Of a stretch of 64,000 nucleotides of DNA, positions 18,436-34,015 are shown in pieces. Below the pieces are notes generated by a model. That model had not been told where the DNA came from. It saw only the letters and a list, made by a program, of their open reading frames with translations, and ran no database searches. Within the stretch, counting starts at the first letter, position 1, and every line of letters begins with the position of its first letter. Where the stretch lies: assembly GCF_058153355.1 (NCBI RefSeq), contig NZ_CM177019.1; one strand, given 5' to 3'. Position numbers and translations under genes: made by a program.

Positions 18436-19444
18436 GGCTACGCACTCCTTTAATCAGACTGATAAAGCGTTGCGACTGAACAATCAGCACGCAAAGCACC
18501 ACTACCGCTTTCACCACCTGGTTCATCTCTGGCGGAAAGCCAGAAAGTAAAATTCCGGTGTTCATCCCCTGAATAATCAGCGCCCCTACCACTGAGAGCA
18601 GCAGGTTAAAACGCCCGCCCATCAGCGATCCGCCGCCAATCACCACCGCAAGAATGGCGTCCAGCTCCAGCCATAATCCGGCGTTGTTGGCATCGGCACC
18701 GCGAATATCCGCCGCCACGATAATGCCCGCAATCGCCGCACACAGCCCGCTCAACACATAAGTGAGCATGACGATGATTCGTGTGTTGACTCCGGCATTT
18801 TTTGCCGCCCGAATGTTGATACCAACGGCTTCGATAAACATCCCCAGTGCCGTTTTGCGGGTCAACAGCCAGAAGAGGAGAAGCGTCAGTACCGCAATAA
18901 TGACTGGTGTTGGCAGGAACACCAGCGATCCGCTGCCAAACCATGAGAGATCCGGCGAGTTAAACGTGACGATCTGTCCGGAGGTGATCAGTTGCGCCAC
19001 GCCGCGCCCGGCGACCATCAGGATCAGGGTGGCGACAAACGGCTGAATTTTGAGGATCGCTACCAGTATGCCGTTCCACAACCCCGCTAGGATGCCGGTG
19101 CCCAGGGCGCTTAACAAAACAATCGGCAGGCTGAATCCCGCGACCGTCATCGCAGCCGTTGTGGCTCCGGCGATAGCCATCACCGCCCCTACGGAGAGAT
19201 CGATACCACCGGTGGCGATAACCAGCGTCATGCCAATCGCCAGTAGCGCAACCGGGGCGGCGCGATTAAGAATGTCGATGGGGCTACCGAACAAACGCCC
19301 ATCCTGAAGCACGACCTGCCAGAAATGCGGGGCCACCAGGCTATCGACCAGCAGCACCAGCAATAGCGCCGCCAGCTGCGGCATTCCCGTTGGCCAGCGA
19401 AAGCGCCTTTTCGACGGCGTAGTGTCCGGGAGAGATTGAGGCAT
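18422..19444 (-). CDS. ytfT: Galactofuranose ABC transporter permease YtfT
   Basis: Permease with a strong RBS (TAAGGAGAA) immediately upstream of ATG 19444; the ORF-track start 19468 is rejected. Confidence 0.9.
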   Translation of the reverse strand: MPQSLPDTTPSKRRFRWPTGMPQLAALLLVLLVDSLVAPHFWQVVLQDGRLFGSPIDILNRAAPVALLAIGMTLVIATGGIDLSVGAVMAIAGATTAAMTVAGFSLPIVLLSALGTGILAGLWNGILVAILKIQPFVATLILMVAGRGVAQLITSGQIVTFNSPDLSWFGSGSLVFLPTPVIIAVLTLLLFWLLTRKTALGMFIEAVGINIRAAKNAGVNTRIIVMLTYVLSGLCAAIAGIIVAADIRGADANNAGLWLELDAILAVVIGGGSLMGGRFNLLLSVVGALIIQGMNTGILLSGFPPEMNQVVKAVVVLCVLIVQSQRFISLIKGVRSRDKT

Positions 19445-19457
19445 CACACAGTTCTCC

Positions 19458-20960
19458 TTACGCCGCAATGGCGTTCATGATCGCCGGAACGGAAAGCTCT
19501 GCCAGCGGGATCTCCGCAACCTGTTTGCGATCGCGCATGATAATCACCCGGTCGGCATAGCCCACCAGCTCTTCCAGTTCGGAGGAGATCACCAGCAGCG
19601 CCAGACCATCGGCGCATAGCGTTTCAATCAGGCGGATGATCTCAGCGTGGGCACCAACATCAATGCCGCGCGTTGGCTCGTCGAGGATCAGAAATTGTGG
19701 ACGAGTCAGCAGCCAGCGAGAGAGCAGCACTTTTTGCTGATTGCCACCGGAGAGAAACTCAATCGGCTGTTCGGTGGAAGGTGTGCGAATGCCAAGCTGG
19801 CGGATAAAACGTTCGGCAATCTCTTGCTGTTCTTTACGGGAAATCGGCCGTAGCCAGCCGCGCTGGGCCTGGAGAGCGAGGATGATATTTTCCCGCACTG
19901 AGGCGGCGGCGATGATGCCATCAGTTTTCCTGTCTTCCGGGCAAAAGCCGATGCCCAGTACCGAAGCCTGATGTGGCGATCGTAGCGTTTGCGGTTTTCC
20001 TTTGATCAGCGCCGTGCCGCTATCGGCTGGTTTGATGCCGAAGATCACTTCAGCGGTTTCTGTCCGCCCTGATCCCAGCAAACCTGCCAGCCCGACGATC
20101 TCACCAGGACGTACTTCCAGATCAAACGGTGCGATCGTTCCTTTTTTGCCGTAATTTTTGAACGCGGCAACGGGTTTGTCGCTCAGCAATGTTCGTCCGG
20201 CACGCTGTAGCGCGTGGGTGTCCAGCTCGCGCCCCAGCATCATTTTTACCAGTTCGATCTGCGGTAGCTCGCAGGTTTCCCGACAGCCTACGAAACTGCC
20301 GTTGCGTAAGACGGTGATCCGATCGCTGACCTGATAGACCTGATCGAGAAAGTGAGTAACGAAGATCAGGCTGACGCCGCGATCGCGCAACTGACGCATC
20401 AGGCCAAACAGTAACTCTACTTCCTGAGTGTCGAGGCTGGCGGTGGGTTCATCGAGGATCAGCACTTTGGCGGAGAGATCGATGGCCCGGCAAATGGCGA
20501 CGATTTGCTGCATCGCGACTGAAAAGCGGTTGAGCGGTTCCCGCACGTCGAGGGAGAAACCGTAAGATGCCATCAGTTCGGTGGCGCGCTTTTCCATCTC
20601 TTTACGGCGTAGAAGGCCGAAACGTTTGGGTTCGCGACCTATGAATAGATTATCAGCGACCGACATATTGGGTAGCAGGTTGACTTCCTGATAGACGGTG
20701 CCGATGCCGAGTTGTTGTGCGTGGGCGGTATTTTTCGGTGAGATAGTCTGGCCTTCCAGCCAGATGGTGCCACGATCGGCGTGGTAGACACCGGTTAATG
20801 CTTTGATTAGCGTTGATTTACCTGCTCCGTTTTCACCGAGCAGCGCCATGATTTCACCACGGCGCAGGCTGAAATCAACGTTGTCTAACGCTTTGACGCC
20901 GGGGAAAAATTTACTTAATCCTTCGGTGTGGAGGATTTCCTGGTGTTGGTTAGTATTCAT
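19458..20960 (-). CDS. ytfR: Galactofuranose ABC transporter ATP-binding protein YtfR (duplicated ABC domains)
   Basis: 500-aa product from ATG 20960 (MNTNQHQEILHTEGLSKFFPGVKAL...); two Walker A (GENGAGKST / GLLGSGRTE) and two signature motifs. Confidence 0.92.
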   Translation of the reverse strand: MNTNQHQEILHTEGLSKFFPGVKALDNVDFSLRRGEIMALLGENGAGKSTLIKALTGVYHADRGTIWLEGQTISPKNTAHAQQLGIGTVYQEVNLLPNMSVADNLFIGREPKRFGLLRRKEMEKRATELMASYGFSLDVREPLNRFSVAMQQIVAICRAIDLSAKVLILDEPTASLDTQEVELLFGLMRQLRDRGVSLIFVTHFLDQVYQVSDRITVLRNGSFVGCRETCELPQIELVKMMLGRELDTHALQRAGRTLLSDKPVAAFKNYGKKGTIAPFDLEVRPGEIVGLAGLLGSGRTETAEVIFGIKPADSGTALIKGKPQTLRSPHQASVLGIGFCPEDRKTDGIIAAASVRENIILALQAQRGWLRPISRKEQQEIAERFIRQLGIRTPSTEQPIEFLSGGNQQKVLLSRWLLTRPQFLILDEPTRGIDVGAHAEIIRLIETLCADGLALLVISSELEELVGYADRVIIMRDRKQVAEIPLAELSVPAIMNAIAA

Positions 20961-20993
20961 AGTTTCCCCCGTTGTAAAGCGTGCGCCAGATAA

Positions 20994-21058
20994 GACACAA
21001 CAGCGTCGCATCAGGCATCTCGCACAACCGCCGGATGCGGCATAAACGCCTTATCCGG
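20994..21058. repeat. REP element in the ytfQ-ytfR intercistronic region
   Basis: cgtcgcatcaggcatctcgcacaaccgccggatgcggcataaacgccttatccggcggcgtaca. Confidence 0.6.
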
Positions 21059-21092
21059 CGGCGTACAAGTCGGCATCAGGTATTGATGTCCC

Positions 21093-22049
21093 TCAATACC
21101 CCATATTTTTCTTCTTCTCTAACTCTTCTTTTGCGGTATCAGGCAGGTAAAGGGTGGACTTGGTCAGCGTCAGCTTTTCAGGCATCGTGCCGTCTTTTTT
21201 GTATTTCTCCAGCGCGTCAAAAGCAGGGCCTGCCATATTCGGCGTCAGTTCAACGCTGGCGTTCGCTTCGCCATCAATCATCGCTTTGTAGATGTCCGGC
21301 ACGCCGTCGATAGAGCCTGTCAGGATATCTTTGCCCGGTTTCAGGCCCGCTTCTTTAATTGCCTGAATTGCACCAATCACCATGTCATCGTTATGGGCGT
21401 AAACCATGCAGATGTTTTTGCCGTTGTTTTCCGCTTTGATAAAGCTCTCCATCACTTCTTTGCCTTTGCTGCGGGTGAAGTCACCTGACTGCGAGCGGAT
21501 AATTTTGATATTTGGCGCATTCTTAATGGCTTCGGCAAAGCCTTTCTTACGGTCAATGGCGACGCTGGCCCCAACGGTGCCCTGCAGCTCCACCACGTTA
21601 CACGGTTTGCCATTCACTTCTTTTACCAGCCAGTCACCGATCAATTTGCCTTCGAGGATGTTGTCGGCAGTGACGGTGGTCATATAGAGAGATTTGTCTT
21701 TCACATCGATGGAACGGTCAAGCAAGAAGACCGGGATTTCGGCATCTTTCGCCTCTTTTAATATCGGCTCCCAACCGGTCGCTACCACCGGAGCGATAAA
21801 GATCGCATCCACCCCTTGCGCGACGAAGGAACGTACCGCTTTAATCTGGTTTTCCTGCTTTTGCTGACCATCGGCAATTTTCAACGTAATTCCGCGCTTT
21901 TCGGCTTCACTTTTCGCCACATTGGTTTCTGCGGCGCGCCAGCCGGATTCCGATCCGACCTGCGAAAATCCTACGGTTAATGGAGCAGCCAACGCCATAG
22001 ACGACATGGCTGCCGAGACTGCAGAGACTACAAGTAAGCGTTTCCACAT
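21093..22049 (-). CDS. ytfQ: Periplasmic galactofuranose-binding protein YtfQ
   Basis: 318-aa product with signal peptide (MWKRLLVVSAVSAAMSSMALA) and sugar-binding periplasmic protein fold. Confidence 0.93.
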   Translation of the reverse strand: MWKRLLVVSAVSAAMSSMALAAPLTVGFSQVGSESGWRAAETNVAKSEAEKRGITLKIADGQQKQENQIKAVRSFVAQGVDAIFIAPVVATGWEPILKEAKDAEIPVFLLDRSIDVKDKSLYMTTVTADNILEGKLIGDWLVKEVNGKPCNVVELQGTVGASVAIDRKKGFAEAIKNAPNIKIIRSQSGDFTRSKGKEVMESFIKAENNGKNICMVYAHNDDMVIGAIQAIKEAGLKPGKDILTGSIDGVPDIYKAMIDGEANASVELTPNMAGPAFDALEKYKKDGTMPEKLTLTKSTLYLPDTAKEELEKKKNMGY

Positions 22050-22119
22050 AGGGTTGTCCTCGTCGGGGTAATTATTATTGGTGAAAAGATGTTCGCGAAA
22101 AAACTATAGACAATTCGTT

Positions 22120-22140
22120 ATGTAACGGATTGCGTTACAT
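22120..22140. promoter_or_regulatory. Palindrome ATGTAACG-N5-CGTTACAT in the ytfQ/ppa divergent promoter region (candidate LacI/GalR-type operator)
   Basis: atgtaacggattgcgttacat, a perfect 8-bp inverted repeat about 70 nt upstream of ytfQ. Confidence 0.3.
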
Positions 22141-22358
22141 CACACTTCAAAAAAGTAAATAAAACGTTAATCACAAGTTTGTAATCGCTTTCATCTCACT
22201 ATGAAAAATGCGGCTACGGTTATGGATTTTCCTGCTCTGTAAACCTTCTTAAAACTGGCGAAAAAGGAAAATGAAGACGAAAACAAGCGAAGACATTCGG
22301 CGCGAGTTGGCTATAATACTCGGCACTTGTTTGCCACATATTTTTAAAGGAAACAGAC

Positions 22359-22889
22359 ATGAGCTTACTCAACGTCCCTGCGGGTAAAGATCTGCCGGAA
22401 GACATCTACGTTGTTATTGAGATCCCGGCTAACGCAGATCCGATCAAATACGAAATCGACAAAGAGAGCGGCGCACTGTTCGTTGACCGCTTCATGTCCA
22501 CCGCGATGTTCTATCCGTGCAACTACGGTTACATCAACCACACCCTGTCTCTGGACGGTGACCCGGTTGACGTACTGGTCCCGACTCCGTACCCGCTGCA
22601 GCCAGGTTCTGTGATTCGCTGCCGTCCGGTTGGCGTTCTGAAAATGACCGACGAAGCTGGTGAAGATGCGAAACTGATTGCTGTTCCGCACACCAAGCTG
22701 AGCAAAGAATACGATCACATCAAAGACGTTAACGATCTGCCTGAACTGCTGAAAGCACAGATCGCTCACTTCTTCGAGCACTACAAAGACCTCGAAAAAG
22801 GCAAGTGGGTGAAAGTTGAAGGCTGGGAAAACGCAGAAGCCGCTAAAGCTGAAATCGTTGCCTCCTTCGAGCGCGCAAAGAATAAATAA
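22359..22889 (+). CDS. ppa: Inorganic pyrophosphatase
   Basis: 176-aa product [45 protein letters not shown]... Confidence 0.97.
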   Translation: MSLLNVPAGKDLPEDIYVVIEIPANADPIKYEIDKESGALFVDRFMSTAMFYPCNYGYINHTLSLDGDPVDVLVPTPYPLQPGSVIRCRPVGVLKMTDEAGEDAKLIAVPHTKLSKEYDHIKDVNDLPELLKAQIAHFFEHYKDLEKGKWVKVEGWENAEAAKAEIVASFERAKNK

Positions 22890-23237
22890 GTTCTTCTAGT
22901 GCCATAACCCTGAACGCCGGGCTTCGGTTAGTAAGGGTTTTTTATGCCCGCGATAAATAAACTCTCTATTCCCCTATCATTATTCTCAGCGCTTGCAAGG
23001 CTTGAACGGTAAGAACAAGCAAACACGACCACCATTTTGCTGTTCATAGCCGCTTGCTGGAAATTAGCCGACCTCACTCATTCTCACCGTTCAAAGCATG
23101 CCCCCGTTTTACCCCTACGTAATTGTGAACGCCAGCAGAGTTTTTTATGCGTTTACGGATATGGAAAGCGGCTCGGAGAGAAAAGCTAAAGATAGGGAAG
23201 TTACAAAAAAAATCGCGAGATACATCGCATAAAACAA

Positions 23238-23263
23238 CGCCACCCGAAGGTGGCGTGCTTTTA
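23238..23263 (-). terminator. Rho-independent terminator downstream of ytfP
   Basis: cgccacc-cgaa-ggtggcg stem flanked by an A-tract and a T-tract (potentially bidirectional). Confidence 0.6.
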
Positions 23264-23266
23264 TTA

Positions 23267-23608
23267 TTACTTATCCCTGTCTAACCAGTCGCCGCTTTCA
23301 ATTAGCTTTAATCCATCGACGGGTCGTTGATAAACGTACATCCATGCACTCCCGTACGGCGTCTGAATCAACTGGCGCGCATATTCACCGCCCCTGGTGC
23401 GCAAGGCATCAAGTTCGGCCAGCGTGGCGTTGTCAATACGATAAACTTCACCGTGTACTGTTCCGTTCCCCGGAACTGCGCCTGGATAGTGGCCCAGGCT
23501 ATACAACTGGTAGTTATCGATACTGAAATCGCCCAGTAACTGGGCATTGGTCATCCAGTGACTGTTGCCTTGTTTGTGGCGTAAACTGCCGTAGACAAAT
23601 ATTCGCAT
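23267..23608 (-). CDS. ytfP: Gamma-glutamylcyclotransferase-family protein YtfP
   Basis: 113-aa product MRIFVYGSLRHKQGNSHWM... (AIG2/GGCT fold motif YGSL). Confidence 0.9.
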   Translation of the reverse strand: MRIFVYGSLRHKQGNSHWMTNAQLLGDFSIDNYQLYSLGHYPGAVPGNGTVHGEVYRIDNATLAELDALRTRGGEYARQLIQTPYGSAWMYVYQRPVDGLKLIESGDWLDRDK

Positions 23609-23610
23609 TG

Positions 23611-29162
<5,552 letters not shown>

Positions 29163-29325
29163 TTAAACGGCTTAACAAAAATCCAGTAATATGGATTAAA
29201 AAGCAGACTAAACCCCAAATATTTCTTATGTTTTACTTTAGACCTATTCACGGTGGTTATTGTGTGCAAATACGTCTCTTGTTACAACCTTAACCCCAAT
29301 GACCGATTTTCGGGAGAGCGACACC

Positions 29326-29964
29326 ATGAGTTTATTTGATAAAAAGCATCTGGTTTCCCCCGCCGATGCCCTGCCTGGACGTAACACCCCGATGCCCGTA
29401 GCCACGCTGCATGCGGTCAATGGTCACTCAATGACCAATGTACCTGACGGAATGGAGATTGCCATTTTTGCGATGGGTTGTTTCTGGGGTGTGGAGCGTC
29501 TGTTCTGGCAGCTACCCGGCGTTTACAGCACCGCCGCAGGTTACACCGGCGGATATACGCCAAACCCCACTTATCGGGAAGTGTGCTCCGGTGATACTGG
29601 TCATGCCGAAGCGGTGCGCATTGTTTACGATCCTTCCGTCATCAGCTATGAGCAGTTGCTACAAGTATTTTGGGAGAATCACGATCCCGCCCAGGGAATG
29701 CGTCAGGGCAATGACCACGGCACGCAGTATCGTTCAGCGATTTATCCGCTGACCCCAGAACAGGATGCCGCCGCTCGTGCCAGTCTGAAGCGTTTTCAGG
29801 CGGCGATGCTTGCCGCCGATGACGATCGTCACATCACCACGGAAATCGCTAACGCCTCACCATTTTATTATGCCGAAGATGACCACCAGCAATATCTGCA
29901 TAAAAACCCATATGGTTACTGTGGAATTGGCGGAATTGGCGTCTGTCTGCCGCCGGAAGCATAG
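29326..29964 (+). CDS. msrA: Peptide methionine sulfoxide reductase MsrA
   Basis: 212-aa product from ATG 29326; active-site GCFWG motif. Confidence 0.95.
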   Translation: MSLFDKKHLVSPADALPGRNTPMPVATLHAVNGHSMTNVPDGMEIAIFAMGCFWGVERLFWQLPGVYSTAAGYTGGYTPNPTYREVCSGDTGHAEAVRIVYDPSVISYEQLLQVFWENHDPAQGMRQGNDHGTQYRSAIYPLTPEQDAAARASLKRFQAAMLAADDDRHITTEIANASPFYYAEDDHQQYLHKNPYGYCGIGGIGVCLPPEA

Positions 29965-30010
29965 CGTTACGGTTACAAACTCAGATTGTTGATAAAGTGA
30001 GCTTTGTTTA

Positions 30011-30110
30011 TGCCGGATGCGGCGTAAACGCCTTGCCAGGCCTACAAAACCCTCAAAATTCAATGTATTGCAGAGACTTCGTAGGCCTGAACAGCATAGC
30101 GCATCAGGCA
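30011..30110. repeat. REP/BIME cluster downstream of msrA
   Basis: tgccggatgcggcgtaaacgccttgccaggcctaca ... cgtaggcctgaacagcatagcgcatcaggca. Confidence 0.65.
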
Positions 30111-30286
30111 GTTTTGCATTTATCAGTCGTCTGAATTTTAACCCTCTGGCGACTTTACAGTACCTTACGCTATACTAGCCACTGAAAATGCCGGTTCACT
30201 TTCTTCGAATCGGCTTTCAATGTGTATTTCACACAAATTAATCAACTTCCCCTTCCGAGGATCTGGCCTGAAAGGTCGGATAAGAT

Positions 30287-31630
30287 ATGTTAAACAGTAT
30301 TTTTGTCATACTCTGCTTGATCGCTGTAAGTGCGTTCTTCTCGATGTCCGAGATCTCACTTGCCGCTTCACGCAAAATCAAACTAAAACTGCTGGCTGAT
30401 GAAGGCAATATAAATGCCCAACGCGTTCTGAATATGCAAGAAAATCCTGGCATGTTCTTTACCGTGGTACAAATCGGTCTTAACGCAGTGGCGATTCTCG
30501 GCGGTATTGTCGGTGATGCGGCGTTTTCTCCAGCTTTTCACAGCCTGTTCTCCCGCTATATGTCGGCGGAACTCTCTGAGCAACTGAGCTTTATTCTCTC
30601 TTTCTCGTTAGTAACTGGCATGTTTATCCTGTTTGCGGATTTAACTCCGAAACGCATCGGTATGATTGCGCCAGAAGCGGTGGCTTTGCGTATCATCAAC
30701 CCGATGCGCTTCTGCCTGTACGTTTGCACCCCGTTGGTGTGGTTCTTCAACGGCCTGGCGAACATGATCTTCCGTATCTTTAAACTGCCAATGGTACGTA
30801 AAGATGACATCACTTCTGATGACATCTATGCAGTTGTGGAAGCAGGTGCACTGGCAGGCGTGTTACGTAAACAGGAACACGAGCTGATAGAAAACGTCTT
30901 TGAGCTGGAATCCCGTACCGTTCCGTCGTCAATGACACCGCGTGAAAACGTGATTTGGTTTGATCTCCACGAAGATGAGCAAAGTCTGAAGAATAAGGTG
31001 GCGGAACATCCGCACTCGAAATTTCTCGTCTGTAATGAAGATATTGACCACATCATCGGCTATGTCGATTCTAAAGACCTGCTGAACCGCGTGCTGGCTA
31101 ACCAAAGCCTGGCACTGAACAGCGGCGTACAAATTCGCAACACACTGATTGTGCCGGATACATTAACCCTTTCAGAGGCATTGGAAAGTTTTAAAACTGC
31201 GGGTGAAGACTTCGCGGTGATCATGAACGAGTACGCGCTGGTCGTGGGGATCATCACCCTCAACGACGTAATGACCACACTAATGGGCGATCTGGTCGGT
31301 CAGGGACTGGAAGAGCAGATTGTCGCCCGTGATGAGAACTCATGGTTGATTGATGGCGGCACCCCGATTGACGACGTAATGCGTGTGCTGGATATTGATG
31401 AGTTCCCGCAGTCAGGCAACTACGAAACCATCGGCGGCTTTATGATGTTTATGCTGCGTAAAATCCCGAAACGCACCGACTCGGTGAAATTCGCCGGCTA
31501 CAAATTTGAAGTGGTGGATATCGATAACTACCGCATCGACCAGTTGCTGGTAACGCGGATCGACAGCAAGGCCACCGCCCTTTCGCCCAAACTGCCTGAC
31601 GTTAAAGATAAAGAAGAAAACGTCGCGTAA
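30287..31630 (+). CDS. ytfL: Inner-membrane protein YtfL (CNNM/HlyC-CorC family: DUF21 + CBS pair + CorC domain)
   Basis: 447-aa product MLNSIFVILCLIAVSAFFSMSEISLAASRKIKLKLLADEGN... Confidence 0.93.
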   Translation: MLNSIFVILCLIAVSAFFSMSEISLAASRKIKLKLLADEGNINAQRVLNMQENPGMFFTVVQIGLNAVAILGGIVGDAAFSPAFHSLFSRYMSAELSEQLSFILSFSLVTGMFILFADLTPKRIGMIAPEAVALRIINPMRFCLYVCTPLVWFFNGLANMIFRIFKLPMVRKDDITSDDIYAVVEAGALAGVLRKQEHELIENVFELESRTVPSSMTPRENVIWFDLHEDEQSLKNKVAEHPHSKFLVCNEDIDHIIGYVDSKDLLNRVLANQSLALNSGVQIRNTLIVPDTLTLSEALESFKTAGEDFAVIMNEYALVVGIITLNDVMTTLMGDLVGQGLEEQIVARDENSWLIDGGTPIDDVMRVLDIDEFPQSGNYETIGGFMMFMLRKIPKRTDSVKFAGYKFEVVDIDNYRIDQLLVTRIDSKATALSPKLPDVKDKEENVA

Positions 31631-31645
31631 CCCCAAGAAACATCA

Positions 31646-31675
31646 ACGGCTCCTGAATCAGGAGCCGTCTTATTT
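31646..31675. terminator. Bidirectional rho-independent terminator between ytfL and ytfK
   Basis: acggctcctg-aat-caggagccgt stem followed by a T-rich tract. Confidence 0.6.
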
Positions 31676-31692
31676 ACTGCATAGCACTTTGG

Positions 31693-31899
31693 TTAAGCCA
31701 TCTCTGTTTGCAGACGCATAACCTGACGGTTAACTTCGGACATCACTGACAAATGCAGCTTATCCTTCACTTTTGGGATAAGAATCTTACCCTTATCAAA
31801 TTCAAAAGCGCCAACGTCCTTGATGTATAACCGTCCACGGAACAGGATCTTTACGTACTTCGCCACCTGCAGTGGGTTGTACCGTTGGAAAATTTTCAT
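31693..31899 (-). CDS. ytfK: Small protein YtfK (DUF1107)
   Basis: 68-aa product [38 protein letters not shown]... with AGGAGA RBS; the ORF-track N-terminal extension is rejected. Confidence 0.85.
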
Positions 31900-32224
31900 T
31901 GTTATCTCCTGCTGAGTATTACGCCTTTGCGGTGCCACAATCGGCCCAACTATTATGAGGCGCAAATTTTAATGCTTAGTGACTATAGACTATCCGGGTA
32001 ATGTTTCCACCGCGTATAACTTTTTTTACCTAAAGGTTACAATTATTCAGAATTATCTTTTTACCGAAGCGCGGTATTCAGTATAAGCATTCATTTTTCA
32101 TATGATTTGTGCGCTTGACCGCAAACTGGCATCACACTTGCGGGAAATTCGATAAATAGCACATATGATTAAAAGTCAGACCCCAAGTGGTCGGATCACC
32201 TGCATATCATAAGAAGGATACACC

Positions 32225-32779
32225 ATGACCCTACGTAAGATTCTGGCACTCACCTGCCTGCTGTTGCCGATGATGGCTTCCGCACATCAGTTTGAAACCG
32301 GTCAACGAGTGCCACCGATAGGCATTACCGATCGGGGCGAGTTGGTGCTTGATAAAGATCAGTTTAGCTACAAAACCTGGAACAGCGCGCAGTTAGTGGG
32401 AAAAGTGCGAGTACTGCAACATATTGCTGGTCGCACCTCTGCAAAAGAGAAAAACGCGACGCTGATTGAAGCGATTAAATCAGCAAAGTTACCGCATGAT
32501 CGTTACCAGACCACCACCATTGTGAACACCGACGACGCGATTCCGGGTTCTGGCATGTTTGTGCGCAGCAGTCTGGAGAGTAATAAAAAGCTTTATCCCT
32601 GGTCGCAGTTTATTGTCGATAGCAATGGCGTCGCCCGCGGTGCCTGGCAGCTAGATGAAGAAAGTTCCGCTGTAGCGGTGCTGGACAAAGACGGTCGAGT
32701 GCAATGGGCCAAAGACGGTGCGCTCACTCAGGAAGAGGTGCAGCAAGTGATGAACCTGCTGCAAAAGTTGCTCAAATAA
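32225..32779 (+). CDS. ytfJ: Periplasmic protein YtfJ
   Basis: 184-aa product with signal peptide MTLRKILALTCLLLPMMASA. Confidence 0.9.
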   Translation: MTLRKILALTCLLLPMMASAHQFETGQRVPPIGITDRGELVLDKDQFSYKTWNSAQLVGKVRVLQHIAGRTSAKEKNATLIEAIKSAKLPHDRYQTTTIVNTDDAIPGSGMFVRSSLESNKKLYPWSQFIVDSNGVARGAWQLDEESSAVAVLDKDGRVQWAKDGALTQEEVQQVMNLLQKLLK

Positions 32780-32811
32780 TGTTAATAACATAAATTCTGG
32801 AAAAATAAATT

Positions 32812-32840
32812 TCCCCTATCGATATATATGGGATAGGGGA
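32812..32840. terminator. Hairpin between convergent ytfJ and ytfI (weak terminator candidate)
   Basis: tcccctatc-N11-gatagggga stem. Confidence 0.4.
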
Positions 32841-32879
32841 ATTAAGTCTCTGAGTTTTTACGCCGAACTCATACTAGTA

Positions 32880-33803
32880 TCAATAACCATTATTCGCGTT
32901 TAACGGTTTTACCTCTTTTTTAAACGCTTCAATGGTAGATTTATATTTCTCGGAAATCTTTTCTTCGGTATAATTACCATTTGCGGCCAGATTTGCACTT
33001 ATAATCGCTTCCACTTGCTCGGTTATTTCCACTTGTTGGCAACCTGCATTAACCAGAAAATTATAAATAAGAGAGTAATCTTCACCCTGCAAAAAAATAT
33101 AAGAGCCAGTTCGAAATTCCTCATCCCCTCCATAGATTTTAAGAGCAAAGCCCAAAGATTCTATGACCATGGCATAATTTCTATTATTTATTTCCTCGCA
33201 AAAATACCATCCTTCACATTCTTTAATGCTACCTTCTGGCCCTTCAAGTTCAAATTTACCCCGTTTTAATTTGCTTACTACATTCTCCAAATAAGCAGAA
33301 TCGTAAGATAAGTTACCCGCCGCCTTCCGAAAATAACCGTTAATCCTTTCAGGTATGTCAGACTGTTTTTTCTGCAAAATATCATAGGCATACAATCTTC
33401 TATTTTGTGCTAGTGGAAATTCACGGTTTTTAAAGTCTATAAATGAGTTATACTCATTTATTGTTATAGGGATTTCTTCGTATTCAAATCCAGTGCCTCG
33501 CAATGTCATTGTATATTCGGCACCGTTATCTTTAAGGCGGAAGCTGATAAGAAAATTATCCATGGAGTGAACGGTTTCATCTTTTGATGAAAGCACCTGA
33601 TAACTATTTTTATCAATCTGTGTTGCTCTAAGAAAGAACTCCCTTAAAATTAACAGACTATCATAATTCGAAATCCAATCCCTTTTCTTAAATGCATGCT
33701 GAATATTATTAAAGAAATTATTTGAATGTATTTTTGTATGCGATGACTTTACAAATAACTCCACTGCACCAAAAAAATTATTGTGTCTGATCTTGGGTAA
33801 CAT
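32880..33803 (-). CDS. ytfI: Hypothetical protein, YtfI-like (function unknown)
   Basis: 307-aa AT-rich ORF with ATG start and no recognisable domain; position between ytfJ and cysQ corresponds to K-12 ytfI (from memory). Confidence 0.6.
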   Translation of the reverse strand: MLPKIRHNNFFGAVELFVKSSHTKIHSNNFFNNIQHAFKKRDWISNYDSLLILREFFLRATQIDKNSYQVLSSKDETVHSMDNFLISFRLKDNGAEYTMTLRGTGFEYEEIPITINEYNSFIDFKNREFPLAQNRRLYAYDILQKKQSDIPERINGYFRKAAGNLSYDSAYLENVVSKLKRGKFELEGPEGSIKECEGWYFCEEINNRNYAMVIESLGFALKIYGGDEEFRTGSYIFLQGEDYSLIYNFLVNAGCQQVEITEQVEAIISANLAANGNYTEEKISEKYKSTIEAFKKEVKPLNANNGY

Positions 33804-34015
33804 ATGACAACCTTATTATATTTGGTTATTCTATGTCGCCATTAAATATCTTATTAAAGAAGTAAACTATCAAAAAAAGCTCATTATTAAAACATAACTT
33901 ATTAACGTTAGAATATTTACACTTTAAATACAATCCCTTTATATCTATAACTTTTTAGGTTGGAAACAAATCAGGATGGCAGAATCAGGAAATACACTGT
34001 TTCTGCCATATATAT

